A stretch of 64,000 nt of DNA from positions 1 to 64,000 of IMG/VR virus record IMGVR_UViG_3300048694_001005. One strand, given 5' to 3'. A program made the position numbers and the translations under genes. Position 1 is the first letter of the stretch. Every line of letters starts with the position of its first letter. Shown here one piece after another: positions 38,067 to 48,088 of the stretch. The notes beneath the pieces were generated by a model, which saw only the letters and a list, made by a program, of their open reading frames with translations, did no database searches and was not told the origin of the DNA. The DNA comes from a virus.

Positions 38067-39212
38067 TTAGCGTTGCGCTAGTTGCTGATAATAGGCTTGT
38101 CGCTGTTTAAGACCCTTTTGACCTTTGTTAACTCTTTTAGTAACTTGCCCCACCGAAGCCTTACTAAAGTCCGACACATGTGTTGCTACTCGATTTTTCC
38201 AATACCAAATCGCTGTTTTAATAGCTATATCCTTGTCTGTTCTCACTATATCAGGATTTGCTACCAATCTATCATCACCATATAAGGCTTTGCTACATCT
38301 TGTATAGTTGTCACGACCAGTCAAATGCAAGTAACCACCGCCCCTAAATAACCAACCATCACCAATTTTTGTATTACCCAGGGTCTTTTTAAAATCATAC
38401 TTACGCATAAAGTATGCTCGAGGATTTTTGCTGTCCGGTGGTGGTAATTCTGTTAGGCTCCAAGTCCCACCTACTTCTTTTTTTACCTGTGATATAAAAT
38501 GCGCTAATTCATCACCATGTATACCAGCAGCGCGAGCTTGACGTACTACTTCACGATGCTGTTCCGGAACACTGGCTTCTATTTTGTCATCTATACTAGC
38601 CTGTGGAACAGCTTTTTGTGTCTGTGGAGCAGCTTTTTGTGGCTGAACTATTTGTGCTTGTGGAGTCTGTGGTGTGGGTTGCTTTAGCTGACTGATCGCG
38701 CCATAGCCCAGTGTTGCCGCTGCCATCGCTGCCGCAGTTTTTTCTCTCCAGCCTTCGTCTAGTTCAGCGTGAGTGTCCTGCAACAAGAAAAGATCATCAC
38801 CTCTTAGCATTTCCCCCAGATCTTCTTGCACGTCATCGGGCAAAACCGTTGCTGATGTTTCTTGATAGCCAATTGAACCGGCATAACGTCTCAAAAGATT
38901 TAAATACAACTTACTGCGTTTTTCACCTTTGCTGGTAAGTATGAAAAATTTAGGTCTACCATAGTGTTGTAGATATTCAGCTATCGCTTGTTTTACAGTG
39001 GCGAATATTGCCAACTCATCTCCCTGACCAGTCAAGTCAAAACTACCACTGATACTAAATTCAACTATAACAGCTTGTGAAACTGTTGATCTATCAAAAG
39101 TTATCCTGAGCCTACCGGTTTTTGCGTCGGTGTAGGCAGAGATTGCATACGGTGCCCAGTTTTCGTCCCAGGTCAAGGTATAGGGCCTGTCAAATAATTC
39201 GCAAAGTAACAT
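38067..39212 (-). CDS. Putative virion-associated lysin: unknown N-domain, hydrophobic helix, GH19 domain
   Basis: MLLCELF; LDE|GW site; FRGGGYLHLTGRDNY and AIWYW GH19 motifs. Confidence 0.7.
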   Translation of the reverse strand: MLLCELFDRPYTLTWDENWAPYAISAYTDAKTGRLRITFDRSTVSQAVIVEFSISGSFDLTGQGDELAIFATVKQAIAEYLQHYGRPKFFILTSKGEKRSKLYLNLLRRYAGSIGYQETSATVLPDDVQEDLGEMLRGDDLFLLQDTHAELDEGWREKTAAAMAAATLGYGAISQLKQPTPQTPQAQIVQPQKAAPQTQKAVPQASIDDKIEASVPEQHREVVRQARAAGIHGDELAHFISQVKKEVGGTWSLTELPPPDSKNPRAYFMRKYDFKKTLGNTKIGDGWLFRGGGYLHLTGRDNYTRCSKALYGDDRLVANPDIVRTDKDIAIKTAIWYWKNRVATHVSDFSKASVGQVTKRVNKGQKGLKQRQAYYQQLAQR

Positions 39213-39218
39213 AATGTG

Positions 39219-40433
39219 TTAAGGTAATCCAGATGTATATGTTTTAGATGCAGTATAATTAGTTGTGACTTCTGCTTGGCTAAGAGCTTTGCTGTATACC
39301 CTCATCTGATAGTATGTTCCTGGGGTCGCATCAAACGGAGTGTTAGCTGTTCCAGCGTTGGGGTGTCTAGAGCCAAACTGTAGTGCTGAACCCGTACTAG
39401 ATGCGGCAGTATAACCTGTTGTTGTAGGAGTTAATAATGTCCCATCCTTATATACTTTTAATGCACCTGCTGCAACTGTTACTACAATATGTTTTAATCC
39501 CGCAGCAGGAATGCCACTAACTGCGTAAATATTGAAAGCACCTGGCTTTCCGGCGTAAAAATTGTTACCTGTTGAACTACCCCAATATGCTAAATGTCCA
39601 AGCGATCCACTATATTGATCGCTGCCAAATAGTGCTGCCCAATAACCGGTTGGCTGTGTATCAACAACCATTTCAACTGACCAGTTAGTGGTTGGTAAAG
39701 TATATGTTGTACCAATCATAGCCATGTTGGTCGCATTGCTTGGGCCCAGTGTTAAACCTCCGCCATTGCTAGAAGTGTAAGTGGCAGATCCTGTGCCAGT
39801 TTTATATACAGTACCATTGTATCCGTTATTGGTGTCTTCGGTCCATGTGCTGCCTGAACTAGGAGCCGTTAATAAGTTAAATACCAAACTGGACTGTACA
39901 AACGGTGATGTTATACTGGTATCGTTAACTGTAATTGAACTAGTGGTTGCTACAACTGTGCCTGACGTAGATCCCGTACGAATCTGTACAGTAAATGTTT
40001 CTGCACCTTCTGTTGTGATATCTGCAGTTGGTGTGATGGTAAATGACCCCGCATTACTAGTAATTGTAAATGATCCTGATGTAGCTGTGAAGTCACTGTT
40101 ACTTGTTGTTACGTTATTAATAGTCCAATATAGCGTTGTGCCGTCGGCTACACCCACAGTTGTTACATTGATAGTTCCTGCCACACCCTCGTTTATACTA
40201 CTAGGTATGGTCCCAATACTATAACTAACTGCAATCCAAGGTCTGCCCTCTATTAATCCACCTGTATTAGAATTGTCTAATATGTCATTGCCAGAATACT
40301 GCGTTGGCAATTGAGTAATATCGTAAAAAGCACGAGGATTACCATCCGCGGCTCGATCACTAGCGGCCAAATCCAATTTACCTATTTGGCGCAACTGTTT
40401 GGTTGCTAGTGTACTGATTCCGTTTAGTGACAT
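39219..40433 (-). CDS. Tail/receptor-binding-type protein (Calx-beta-like and LamG-like domains)
   Basis: TTEGAETFTVQIRTGS; WSVEMV...HIVVT...YKDG...MRVYSKALSQAEV. Confidence 0.65.
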   Translation of the reverse strand: MSLNGISTLATKQLRQIGKLDLAASDRAADGNPRAFYDITQLPTQYSGNDILDNSNTGGLIEGRPWIAVSYSIGTIPSSINEGVAGTINVTTVGVADGTTLYWTINNVTTSNSDFTATSGSFTITSNAGSFTITPTADITTEGAETFTVQIRTGSTSGTVVATTSSITVNDTSITSPFVQSSLVFNLLTAPSSGSTWTEDTNNGYNGTVYKTGTGSATYTSSNGGGLTLGPSNATNMAMIGTTYTLPTTNWSVEMVVDTQPTGYWAALFGSDQYSGSLGHLAYWGSSTGNNFYAGKPGAFNIYAVSGIPAAGLKHIVVTVAAGALKVYKDGTLLTPTTTGYTAASSTGSALQFGSRHPNAGTANTPFDATPGTYYQMRVYSKALSQAEVTTNYTASKTYTSGLP

Positions 40434-40436
40434 ATT

Positions 40437-41444
40437 TTAGTTAGGTATCAAAATTATTTGCCAATTAGCTGTTGCTTTTGTATTGCTGGTATCTACTGTT
40501 ACTCTAACATCTACATCTGTTTTTTGCGTCAGCTTCATGGGCACAGCAAAGTCATTACGATAAGGATTACCACCAGCCACTTCAGCGATAAAAGCAGCCA
40601 CAAAACTACCGCCAAACGGTCTCACCATCATTTTTAATAAAGTACCAACATTACCCGCACCAGAATGATAAGTTGTGCAATCACCATATAACACATAAGC
40701 ACTATAGTTTCTTGGCACCGTAAATTGACTTAATTTAGTGACGCCTAACCCTGCACCAATATGCGCAACTACCGTACCTACACCACTTGTTAGTCTGAAT
40801 GTAATTTCACCAGCATTTGCTGCCCCACTACTACTGCTGGTTATAGTTGCGGTCCAAATTCTAAGGAAGTTTTTAGTTGTAGCTACAGCACTGGTACCGC
40901 TTGTGGTTATGGTTTCAGTTTGATAATCATGGTTGGAATCTAAACCCTCAATGTAAATTGATTGACCGGTATCTGATACACTGGTAGAAATTACATATAA
41001 CTTTTGTGCACTACTCCAAGTTGCGAAAGGATAAATTCCACCTTCTACCCATATACTAGTTTCAATGTTTTGTGTACTATCCGGCAAATAAGCTGATCTA
41101 AGTACCGCACTGTGACTATCCACTAATCCACGAGCAACATTCATTTCATATGTACTGTCAGCTATTGTAATATCAGTTGCAGGATTTGTTATACTAACAT
41201 TGCCATCAACCGTCCAGGGGTCAGTACCCTGAAATGCAGTGACATTTCCCGATACAGGCAGGGTGTTGCCACTTATATTAACATTTCCCAAACTACCTAT
41301 GGCAACATTACCTATACTTACATTACCTACTATACTGGTATTAGTTCTGATATAAACATTACCCGTGGCTTCATCCAAAGCTAATGCTTGATTAACATTA
41401 CGCAAATACCAAGGGTTAACGTGATTTTCTTGTGGCGTAGTCAT
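40437..41444 (-). CDS. Putative structural protein
   Basis: Thr/Ser/Gly-rich beta composition; short V/I-G-N-V repeats. Confidence 0.55.
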   Translation of the reverse strand: MTTPQENHVNPWYLRNVNQALALDEATGNVYIRTNTSIVGNVSIGNVAIGSLGNVNISGNTLPVSGNVTAFQGTDPWTVDGNVSITNPATDITIADSTYEMNVARGLVDSHSAVLRSAYLPDSTQNIETSIWVEGGIYPFATWSSAQKLYVISTSVSDTGQSIYIEGLDSNHDYQTETITTSGTSAVATTKNFLRIWTATITSSSSGAANAGEITFRLTSGVGTVVAHIGAGLGVTKLSQFTVPRNYSAYVLYGDCTTYHSGAGNVGTLLKMMVRPFGGSFVAAFIAEVAGGNPYRNDFAVPMKLTQKTDVDVRVTVDTSNTKATANWQIILIPN

Positions 41445-41447
41445 GCG

Positions 41448-41747
41448 CTAACAATTCCATTTGCGCAGCGACTTATTAATTCTGCTGTTGGGATCACGCG
41501 CTGTTTTAGCACTGGTGCGCTTTTTCTTCATGCCGCTCATACGAGCACAGAAACTTTTGCGACGATTAGCTGCTTTAGATCCCCGTTTTAACTTACTGGG
41601 TTTAGTTGTAACCGCGGTCTGTAACTTACTGCCAGGATGACTGCGACGATAGCTGGCCACACCCCGTTTATTCAATCCACCACTGGGACTTTTACCAGCT
41701 TTAGTTTGCCAGGCTTCTGCTTCACATATGATTTCATTAATTTTCAT
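41448..41747 (-). CDS. Small, very basic conserved phage protein with capsid-targeting-like N-terminus
   Basis: MKINEIICE; K/R-rich body (GGLNKRG, RRKSFCARM, RKWNC); late box 41770-41776. Confidence 0.65.
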   Translation of the reverse strand: MKINEIICEAEAWQTKAGKSPSGGLNKRGVASYRRSHPGSKLQTAVTTKPSKLKRGSKAANRRKSFCARMSGMKKKRTSAKTARDPNSRINKSLRKWNC

Positions 41748-41777
41748 AACCGTTTTCCCAGTATTCTATTATTTATG

Positions 41778-43172
41778 TTAATATGGCGTCTTTCTCGTCT
41801 TGGTGCCGTTGGCTGTCCTAGTGTGATAAACTGTACCAGCCTCCCAAGTACCATCCGCTCGCTGCTCAAAATACAAATGTTCCTCTATAAAGTCTTTAAC
41901 CTCAAACATATAATCGGCATTACTACCGGCTTCAACATCTATAGCACCAGCTATTATGGTATCCAAGCTCTTTATTCCCATCTCTAGGTTTTGGCCATAG
42001 GCTTCGTCGGCAAAATCTATTAACTGGCCAGGGGTAACTGGAATAGCTTCTAATATTTCGTACTGTGCTTGCGATACTTCTGGCCTAAACTCCAAATAAT
42101 TCTCGCGAGATCTAGAAACTGCGTCCCAATCAATATCTCCCTCTTCAGGATGGCCCTGGGGATATGCGTAATTTTGCCGCAAATATTTGTACCATTCATC
42201 GTCTTCGGTCTCAATCTCATTGATCTTTTGATCCAAATATTCACTGATGGCACGATACGCTGATTTAAGCAAGGGTGCTAACACCGTATCTGGCGCAAAA
42301 AATATACTGTTACGTATTGATGGATCAACTTGAAAGAAAAACTCAGTAAGATCACCAAATCTATCACGTATCAAATACAATGGGCTAACTGGCTCATCCT
42401 GCGCATCCATAAACTGTTCACTTTGTAGATGAACTTGATACTTTTCACCAGGATGTTGGGGTTTCTTGGGCAACATTACTAACAGTGGACCATCTTTGTT
42501 GTAATGATTGAAATAGTTTTGCCCACGTGTAGCTGCGGTACACCAACGTGTGCCACGTCCATAATAACAGGCCGCAGTTTGATCTTCCGGAATAATGATA
42601 CGTACTTGATCAGTATCTAACACCACTTGAGCTGTGCCACGATCCTGTACATCCTCCTCGGGAATTTCAAATTGATCCATAGTGCCCATGAATTCTTTGA
42701 ATGACGGATATCGATTTATGTCATTTAGCGGTGGCTTAATTAACCGACGTCTTTTCAACACACTGAGTTTGTATAAGTTTTCTTTTACCGTACTTAATAC
42801 ATCTTCAATCTTTACGCGGCTGTTGCTGTAAGTCTTGACTATCCACTGAACATATTCTTTATGTGGTGTGGGGTCAGCATCTTCCAATGTTTTGATTATA
42901 GCTATAACTAGATTTGGTTTAATTTTTTCCAGTATCTCTGGTGCAGTTGCTCTGTTAACTGTAATAAAAGATCCCAACACATCAAAACGTATTGTACGAT
43001 CGTGATAACGTTCAGGTTTGGCTGCCATATCAACTATGGTCCAGGCTCCATCCAAAGCTGCTGGCAAATTTAAAGTACCTTCATTACGGTGAAAAGCCGC
43101 TATAAGCTTGGCACCATAATTTTGTGCTGTTCGGTTTAGATCGTATTCCGCTAAGATTTCATGGGCTCGCAT
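41778..43172 (-). CDS. PcfJ-like domain protein with capsid-targeting-like N-terminus
   Basis: ACYYGRGTRWCTAA and KYQVH motifs. Start moved to ATG 43172 (MRAHEILAE) because a late box lies at 43178-43184. Confidence 0.55.
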   Translation of the reverse strand: MRAHEILAEYDLNRTAQNYGAKLIAAFHRNEGTLNLPAALDGAWTIVDMAAKPERYHDRTIRFDVLGSFITVNRATAPEILEKIKPNLVIAIIKTLEDADPTPHKEYVQWIVKTYSNSRVKIEDVLSTVKENLYKLSVLKRRRLIKPPLNDINRYPSFKEFMGTMDQFEIPEEDVQDRGTAQVVLDTDQVRIIIPEDQTAACYYGRGTRWCTAATRGQNYFNHYNKDGPLLVMLPKKPQHPGEKYQVHLQSEQFMDAQDEPVSPLYLIRDRFGDLTEFFFQVDPSIRNSIFFAPDTVLAPLLKSAYRAISEYLDQKINEIETEDDEWYKYLRQNYAYPQGHPEEGDIDWDAVSRSRENYLEFRPEVSQAQYEILEAIPVTPGQLIDFADEAYGQNLEMGIKSLDTIIAGAIDVEAGSNADYMFEVKDFIEEHLYFEQRADGTWEAGTVYHTRTANGTKTRKTPY

Positions 43173-43222
43173 CCGTATATTTAGCTTTAAGATCACAAGG
43201 CCCCTTTCGGGGCCAGTTTTAC

Positions 43223-43450
43223 TTAGGTCTTGCTTACAAACTCATTGAGCTTGCTAGCTTGAGCTATTACTGCATCAGCATCGGGAAAATCAGGTAAGTC
43301 CGGATACGGTGCCACACTGCCGGGGTTCCTGCCCACCTCAATTTGATACCGTTCACGTAATGCTTCACGCTTTTGGAAAATTGGTGTCGTTAAGATCTCG
43401 TTGGCCAATTTTAATAGATCGAGACGAATCTCGTAGGGTGTTTTGCTCAT
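43223..43450 (-). CDS. Small hypothetical protein (MSKTPYEIRLDLLKLA...)
   Basis: AGGAGG SD; own promoter. Confidence 0.7.
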   Translation of the reverse strand: MSKTPYEIRLDLLKLANEILTTPIFQKREALRERYQIEVGRNPGSVAPYPDLPDFPDADAVIAQASKLNEFVSKT

Positions 43451-43491
43451 GATGCCTCCTTTCTGTGTGATGTGTGTATGCTACACGAGCC

Positions 43492-43520
43492 ATGATATTT
43501 AGCTGGTAAAATTTAGTCAA
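43492..43520 (-). promoter_or_regulatory. Sigma70 promoter with overlapping late box
   Basis: TTGACT (43520-43515), 17 nt, TATCAT (43497-43492); CTAAATA at 43502-43496. Confidence 0.65.
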
Positions 43521-43521
43521 C

Positions 43522-43544
43522 AAAAAACCCACCGAAGTGGGTTT
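43522..43544 (-). terminator. Rho-independent terminator
   Basis: AAACCCAC-TTCG-GTGGGTTT followed by a U tract (UUCG tetraloop). Confidence 0.85.
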
Positions 43545-43561
43545 AGAGTTTTATTAATTCC

Positions 43562-44137
43562 TTAAATTAAATTTTTTATCTCGGCTGCTCTGTCACGTTT
43601 CTCGTATTCTTTTTGTTTTCGCATTTCCATATATTTACTGACAGCTATATATATTCCGCCCAAAATAACTGCTAGGGTTATTCCAGCCCAAACTATTTGT
43701 GCGCCTTTAGCCTTATCCAAATTTGATAATATTTCAAAAACCGTCATCATGTTTTCAAAGTCGGCGTCTGATGCGTATTGGGCGGATGATGGTAATATTT
43801 TTAACGTCCACCCCGCAAGTGTTCCTATGGATGCAAGAAATACACCCAAACCTATAACAAACTTATCAGCAAAATCTTCATTCACTTGTGCCTGTGTACC
43901 TGCTAGTTTTTGAAGTTTGGACGTAAATTCCTGTCCAGATTTGGAACTTTCTAATGCTTGTTTTATCTCAGGAAACATGCCTTTAGCTTGTTTCAAATAT
44001 GGTGCTAATTGCGGTAAATTCAAAGCCTGCATGGCAAATTTTTTAAGTGTGGGCAATATACTACTTAACATACCCTCATCCAACTGCTGACTTTCTTCCA
44101 ATATGTCTATATATCTGCGTAATAGTTCGGTACTCAT
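43562..44137 (-). CDS. Two-TM membrane protein with head-protease-type sites
   Basis: ILEE|S, LDE|G, VNE|D; two hydrophobic helices; late box 44155-44161. Confidence 0.55.
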   Translation of the reverse strand: MSTELLRRYIDILEESQQLDEGMLSSILPTLKKFAMQALNLPQLAPYLKQAKGMFPEIKQALESSKSGQEFTSKLQKLAGTQAQVNEDFADKFVIGLGVFLASIGTLAGWTLKILPSSAQYASDADFENMMTVFEILSNLDKAKGAQIVWAGITLAVILGGIYIAVSKYMEMRKQKEYEKRDRAAEIKNLI

Positions 44138-44241
44138 AACAATTCCCCTTTGTATATTTAGCAGGTTTTTGCTTTTTTACAACGGTCTCCGTGCCATCGA
44201 GCTACTGTTTTATTGTGTCGGTATGATATGTTTTCCTCCTT

Positions 44242-45678
44242 TTACTCAGTAATTTTTAATACTAAGTTACCGCAATCCCAAAATCTACGATACCCCGCCG
44301 CAAACATATTTTGACTTTCTGTTAATGTCATGCTAAAGGATGGTAGCCACTTGCTTAACTTTGTTTTTTGGCACCTATACCTACTTATAGGCACCGACCC
44401 ATCAGTCCAAAAGTAACCGGGGCCAGTTTTGTTTATTAACTGGAATCCCGCAGCGATATAACCAACTGCTTGACTTTTAGCGCGGTCACAATAGGTTACA
44501 ATGTTGGTTCCGTATTTTTGCTTGATAAATTTCAGCAACTTGCTTAATCCACCAACCACAGTGATCCCAGGCATAGAACAAAATCGTAATATTTCTAAGT
44601 CAAACTCTTTTGAAAACCTAGACTTACCAATTGTGATTAACTGTACTAATTCATTGTTGTGATATAATCCGACTGCTGCATGACACGCAACATATCCCTG
44701 TAAGTGGGTTGCTTCTAAAAACAACTTTTGCTCTTTAGTACCTACCAACTTGATCTCGCAGGATCGTGCAAAAATTCTGTTGTTTAGCCCTATTTTTGAT
44801 TTAATTATGCTCTTAACTATATCAGTTTTGTGATTCCATTCAAAATCAGTAATATGTAAAAGTGCTATTCCTTCTGCTTCGGCCGCTGACGTTTTGTCGA
44901 TGTGTCTTTGTTTATATTCTGGTTTATTGCCGTTGGGAGTCCAACTATGCCAATACAATCCATTTATCTCTATAGCTAACTTGTGTTCAGGCAAATAGAT
45001 ATCTAATTCTTTATTTCCCAAGATAGACCAATTGCCTAACTCATACTTTACTCCAAGTTCATCCAAATATTCTGCAACTCGTTTCTCCTCTAAACTATAA
45101 TTACTTCTACGTCGTATCTTAAATCCATGTCTCCTGCAGTATTCTGCTACAGTCCCATAATATATATTCAGCTCATCGGCGATGTCGACTAAACTCTTGC
45201 CTAATACGTTGTATTGTTCATTTAACCAAGAATAATCACCCAAGCACTGCGACGCTTTTACGGACATTTTACTTTTAGTCCAGATATGCTTTATATCTTC
45301 TCTCTGACTATTGAACTCCACTCCATATTTCATTAACATCGACTTTTGTCGTTGAGTATTAATCTCCATACGCCTGTCTGCGGAATATTTGGATTTTGTT
45401 AACGCGACCCGCGCTGATATACGTTGACTGGTGCAGGGGCATGACGACGCTGGGCCACATCCTGTAAATCCGGTTGATATGCGACCAAACTTTCGAATTT
45501 TTCCATTTGGGCATTTATTGGTTTGCTGATATATCGCGCTGTATATTTGTGCCGGCAATGATTCGTCAGTTACCAGTGTATTTTGTTTAATCCACTCAAG
45601 TAACTTTGGATCTTTTTTGATTGTCCTAACATACGTCTTGGCATTTTCATTAATTAGTTTAAGAATTTGTTCTCGCAT
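44242..45678 (-). CDS. Free-standing homing endonuclease-like protein (Vsr/PD-(D/E)xK core, Hef-like C-domain)
   Basis: ELDIYLPEHKLAIEINGLYWH...HITDFEW; RIFARSCEIK...EILRFC; inserted right after gp23. Confidence 0.7.
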   Translation of the reverse strand: MREQILKLINENAKTYVRTIKKDPKLLEWIKQNTLVTDESLPAQIYSAIYQQTNKCPNGKIRKFGRISTGFTGCGPASSCPCTSQRISARVALTKSKYSADRRMEINTQRQKSMLMKYGVEFNSQREDIKHIWTKSKMSVKASQCLGDYSWLNEQYNVLGKSLVDIADELNIYYGTVAEYCRRHGFKIRRRSNYSLEEKRVAEYLDELGVKYELGNWSILGNKELDIYLPEHKLAIEINGLYWHSWTPNGNKPEYKQRHIDKTSAAEAEGIALLHITDFEWNHKTDIVKSIIKSKIGLNNRIFARSCEIKLVGTKEQKLFLEATHLQGYVACHAAVGLYHNNELVQLITIGKSRFSKEFDLEILRFCSMPGITVVGGLSKLLKFIKQKYGTNIVTYCDRAKSQAVGYIAAGFQLINKTGPGYFWTDGSVPISRYRCQKTKLSKWLPSFSMTLTESQNMFAAGYRRFWDCGNLVLKITE

Positions 45679-45722
45679 ACTCTTATATATGCTATAAAAT
45701 GTGGCGGCGTCAAATATTTTGG

Positions 45723-45756
45723 AAAAACAAAAGCCCCATTGACGGGGCTCTTGTTT
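45723..45756 (-). terminator. Terminator after the major capsid gene
   Basis: GAGCCCC/GGGGCTT stem followed by TTGTTTTT on the minus strand. Confidence 0.8.
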
Positions 45757-45783
45757 TGCGTTTACTACTAGTTACAACAGAGA

Positions 45784-46962
45784 TTAACTGAATGTCAAGT
45801 TGCTGACAGAAATCTCGCCGAGGTAGTCTCCGGCATTTCCCAGCGAACTTGCGGTATTGGTCAATTCTATGTAGCCATATCTCGTCATAAAGCCAACGAC
45901 TGGTTCGAAGGTATTTGGATCCAGCACAACGCCGCTGCTCATCAATGGAATGTATGGGCAGTAGAATGCTGCTGCATCTGCTTCGCTGCTACCTTTGTAA
46001 CCAACAAGTACTGCGGTGCTATCACTTGCGTAGCTATCAACGTAAACTTTCATAGCGCCGTTCAGTGTACCAACGAACTTAGTGTTAGTTGGGGCTTCAA
46101 AGGTGCCTTCAGTTGTACGTGCAAAAGCCGAAGTAGTTGCGCTTTGTAGCACGGTTAGGGCTGTTGGGCTAACTACGCACCAGTTACCAGCGCCACGACG
46201 TGTACGTGCAGCGATCTTGTTTGCAACGCGGTTGATAAGAACAGCAAGTGCAGCGTGTTCATCACCAACGAAAGTTGCGGTACCGCTAACTGCGGCTTGG
46301 TTAAATGTTTCTTCAGTTGCTGCAAGGCTGCGCAAGCTGTTCAGGACTTCTTGGTCGATTTCAACCGTAATTTCCTGAGCCAATGCTGCCATGATTTCTG
46401 CTTCAACATCAAGGCCGTGCATAGCTTGTGCATCTTGTGCAGCTTCAAACGTCCAGCGAGCGCTCAACTTGCGTGTACGAGCTTCAACTGTCTGCTTGAG
46501 GATCTGCACGTTGATCTTACGACCAGGTGAACCTTCAAGAGCGGTTGTTGCGCTTGCGCGAGCTGTAGCTGCATCACCTGAGTAAGCAACTGCAATTTTG
46601 AATGGGCTCAGTGCTTCGTCACCGGCGGTTGTGTCGGTGTTTAAGCTGCTGGTGTCATTCATTGTCTCTGCATAACGAACACGCAGAGTGTGGATCTGTG
46701 CGATTGGACCAGTCATTGGCTGAACGCCAACGATTTCGTTCGCAATCACGGTTGGCATAACACGACGGATCACTGGAAGGATCACGCGATTTAGGGTAGC
46801 AACGTTACCTACTGCTGTTGCACCGGTGGTCGCAGTTTCCATCAAGTGTTTGCGTGTGTTTTCCAACACAACTGCCATACTCGTACGGCGTGAACCTTGA
46901 AGACCTTCTAACAGGGCTTCTTTTGTTTCACCCCAACGACTTTCTAGTAATGCTTTTGTCAT
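45784..46962 (-). CDS. gp23: Major capsid protein
   Basis: IVGVQPMTGP, RKLSARWTFEAAQD, EITVEIDQE, FYCPYIPL, FMTRYG. Confidence 0.96.
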   Translation of the reverse strand: MTKALLESRWGETKEALLEGLQGSRRTSMAVVLENTRKHLMETATTGATAVGNVATLNRVILPVIRRVMPTVIANEIVGVQPMTGPIAQIHTLRVRYAETMNDTSSLNTDTTAGDEALSPFKIAVAYSGDAATARASATTALEGSPGRKINVQILKQTVEARTRKLSARWTFEAAQDAQAMHGLDVEAEIMAALAQEITVEIDQEVLNSLRSLAATEETFNQAAVSGTATFVGDEHAALAVLINRVANKIAARTRRGAGNWCVVSPTALTVLQSATTSAFARTTEGTFEAPTNTKFVGTLNGAMKVYVDSYASDSTAVLVGYKGSSEADAAAFYCPYIPLMSSGVVLDPNTFEPVVGFMTRYGYIELTNTASSLGNAGDYLGEISVSNLTFS

Positions 46963-46984
46963 TTTTACTTTCTCCTTAATTGTA

Positions 46985-48088
46985 CTACTTTAGCCCTGCT
47001 AGACGCTTGAGTTCCACGACGTTACTGTCTGTGTTCTCTACAACCGTCTTAACAGCTTTGTCACCAGTCACTTCTTTACGGCTTTCTGCCAGTACTTGCT
47101 TATTAGCCTGTACTTCTGCAGGTTTACCGTTAGTTAGAACTGCTGGTAGATACTTGTCAAATGCGGACTTTAGCTTAGGAGTCTGCACTGATTCCAACAA
47201 CTCGCTCATTACACGTGCCTTATCTTTGGTTAGTGTGCCCAGCAATTCGTTCATAGTCTCCTTGCGTTCCATTAAATCTTTCTGAACGCGGATTTGTGAC
47301 TCTTTGCTTTCCACCAACTTAGTCTTAGCAGCGATTACTTTTTTACTTTCCGCAATGATAGCTTCCTGACCAGCAATAAGTTTATTAAGCTTACTGATCT
47401 CTGTGTTTTCATTTAGGTGAGTAACTGTAAATTCACTTGCAAAGGCTTCAAAAATGCGGCGACCAAACATATTTTCGCGAGCTTCTTTGATGTCTTTCTT
47501 GAACTGTGTAAGTTCAGCTCTTAGATTCTTGGCCACTGATTCCTTAACAATAGCTGCGCTCTGGGTCACAAATTTCTTTTCTAGTGATTCCAGTTGAGCT
47601 TTTGCGTTGGACATCAAGCGAACTTTGGTTTCAGCCAAATCGCGCTTGTCGATGGTGAACTCCTGAATCTCTTCAGCTAATTGCTTGATCACAAATTTCT
47701 CTAGACGAGCGATTGCTTCGTTTTGAGTTTTGCGATCTGCACGTAGTTCCTGAATTTCTTCAGCAAGTTTACCAGTCAAGAACTTGTTGAATTTACGACC
47801 AGTTTCCATTGCATGATTCTTAAATGCAACGCGGTCTTCCATCAACTTGCGCTTGTCTTCTGCAAATTCTTGCAACTCTTGTTTCAGACTTTCGGTCACC
47901 ATTTTGTCTAAAGCTTCAACCATAACCGACTTATCATGCTCGTAGTTTCTGGCGAATTCTTCACGTAGCTCGGCGCGGACCTGTTCACGGGTCTCTGCCA
48001 ACTTTGATTCCCAAGCTTCGCTAATAGCTTGCTTGGTATCTTCGTTCACCAATCCACTATCGATCAGGGGTTTTATCGCTTCTAGCAT
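46985..48088 (-). CDS. gp22: Prohead core scaffolding protein
   Basis: Coiled coil between gp21 and gp23; start reassigned to MLEAIKP (AAGGAG SD); many LxE|S sites. Confidence 0.85.
   Translation of the reverse strand: MLEAIKPLIDSGLVNEDTKQAISEAWESKLAETREQVRAELREEFARNYEHDKSVMVEALDKMVTESLKQELQEFAEDKRKLMEDRVAFKNHAMETGRKFNKFLTGKLAEEIQELRADRKTQNEAIARLEKFVIKQLAEEIQEFTIDKRDLAETKVRLMSNAKAQLESLEKKFVTQSAAIVKESVAKNLRAELTQFKKDIKEARENMFGRRIFEAFASEFTVTHLNENTEISKLNKLIAGQEAIIAESKKVIAAKTKLVESKESQIRVQKDLMERKETMNELLGTLTKDKARVMSELLESVQTPKLKSAFDKYLPAVLTNGKPAEVQANKQVLAESRKEVTGDKAVKTVVENTDSNVVELKRLAGLK

Noticed and set aside
45679-45715. Sigma70 promoter for the Hef-like endonuclease (TTGACG...TATATA)
   Set aside because: Needs an 18-nt spacer and a weak -10 box; too ambiguous to call.
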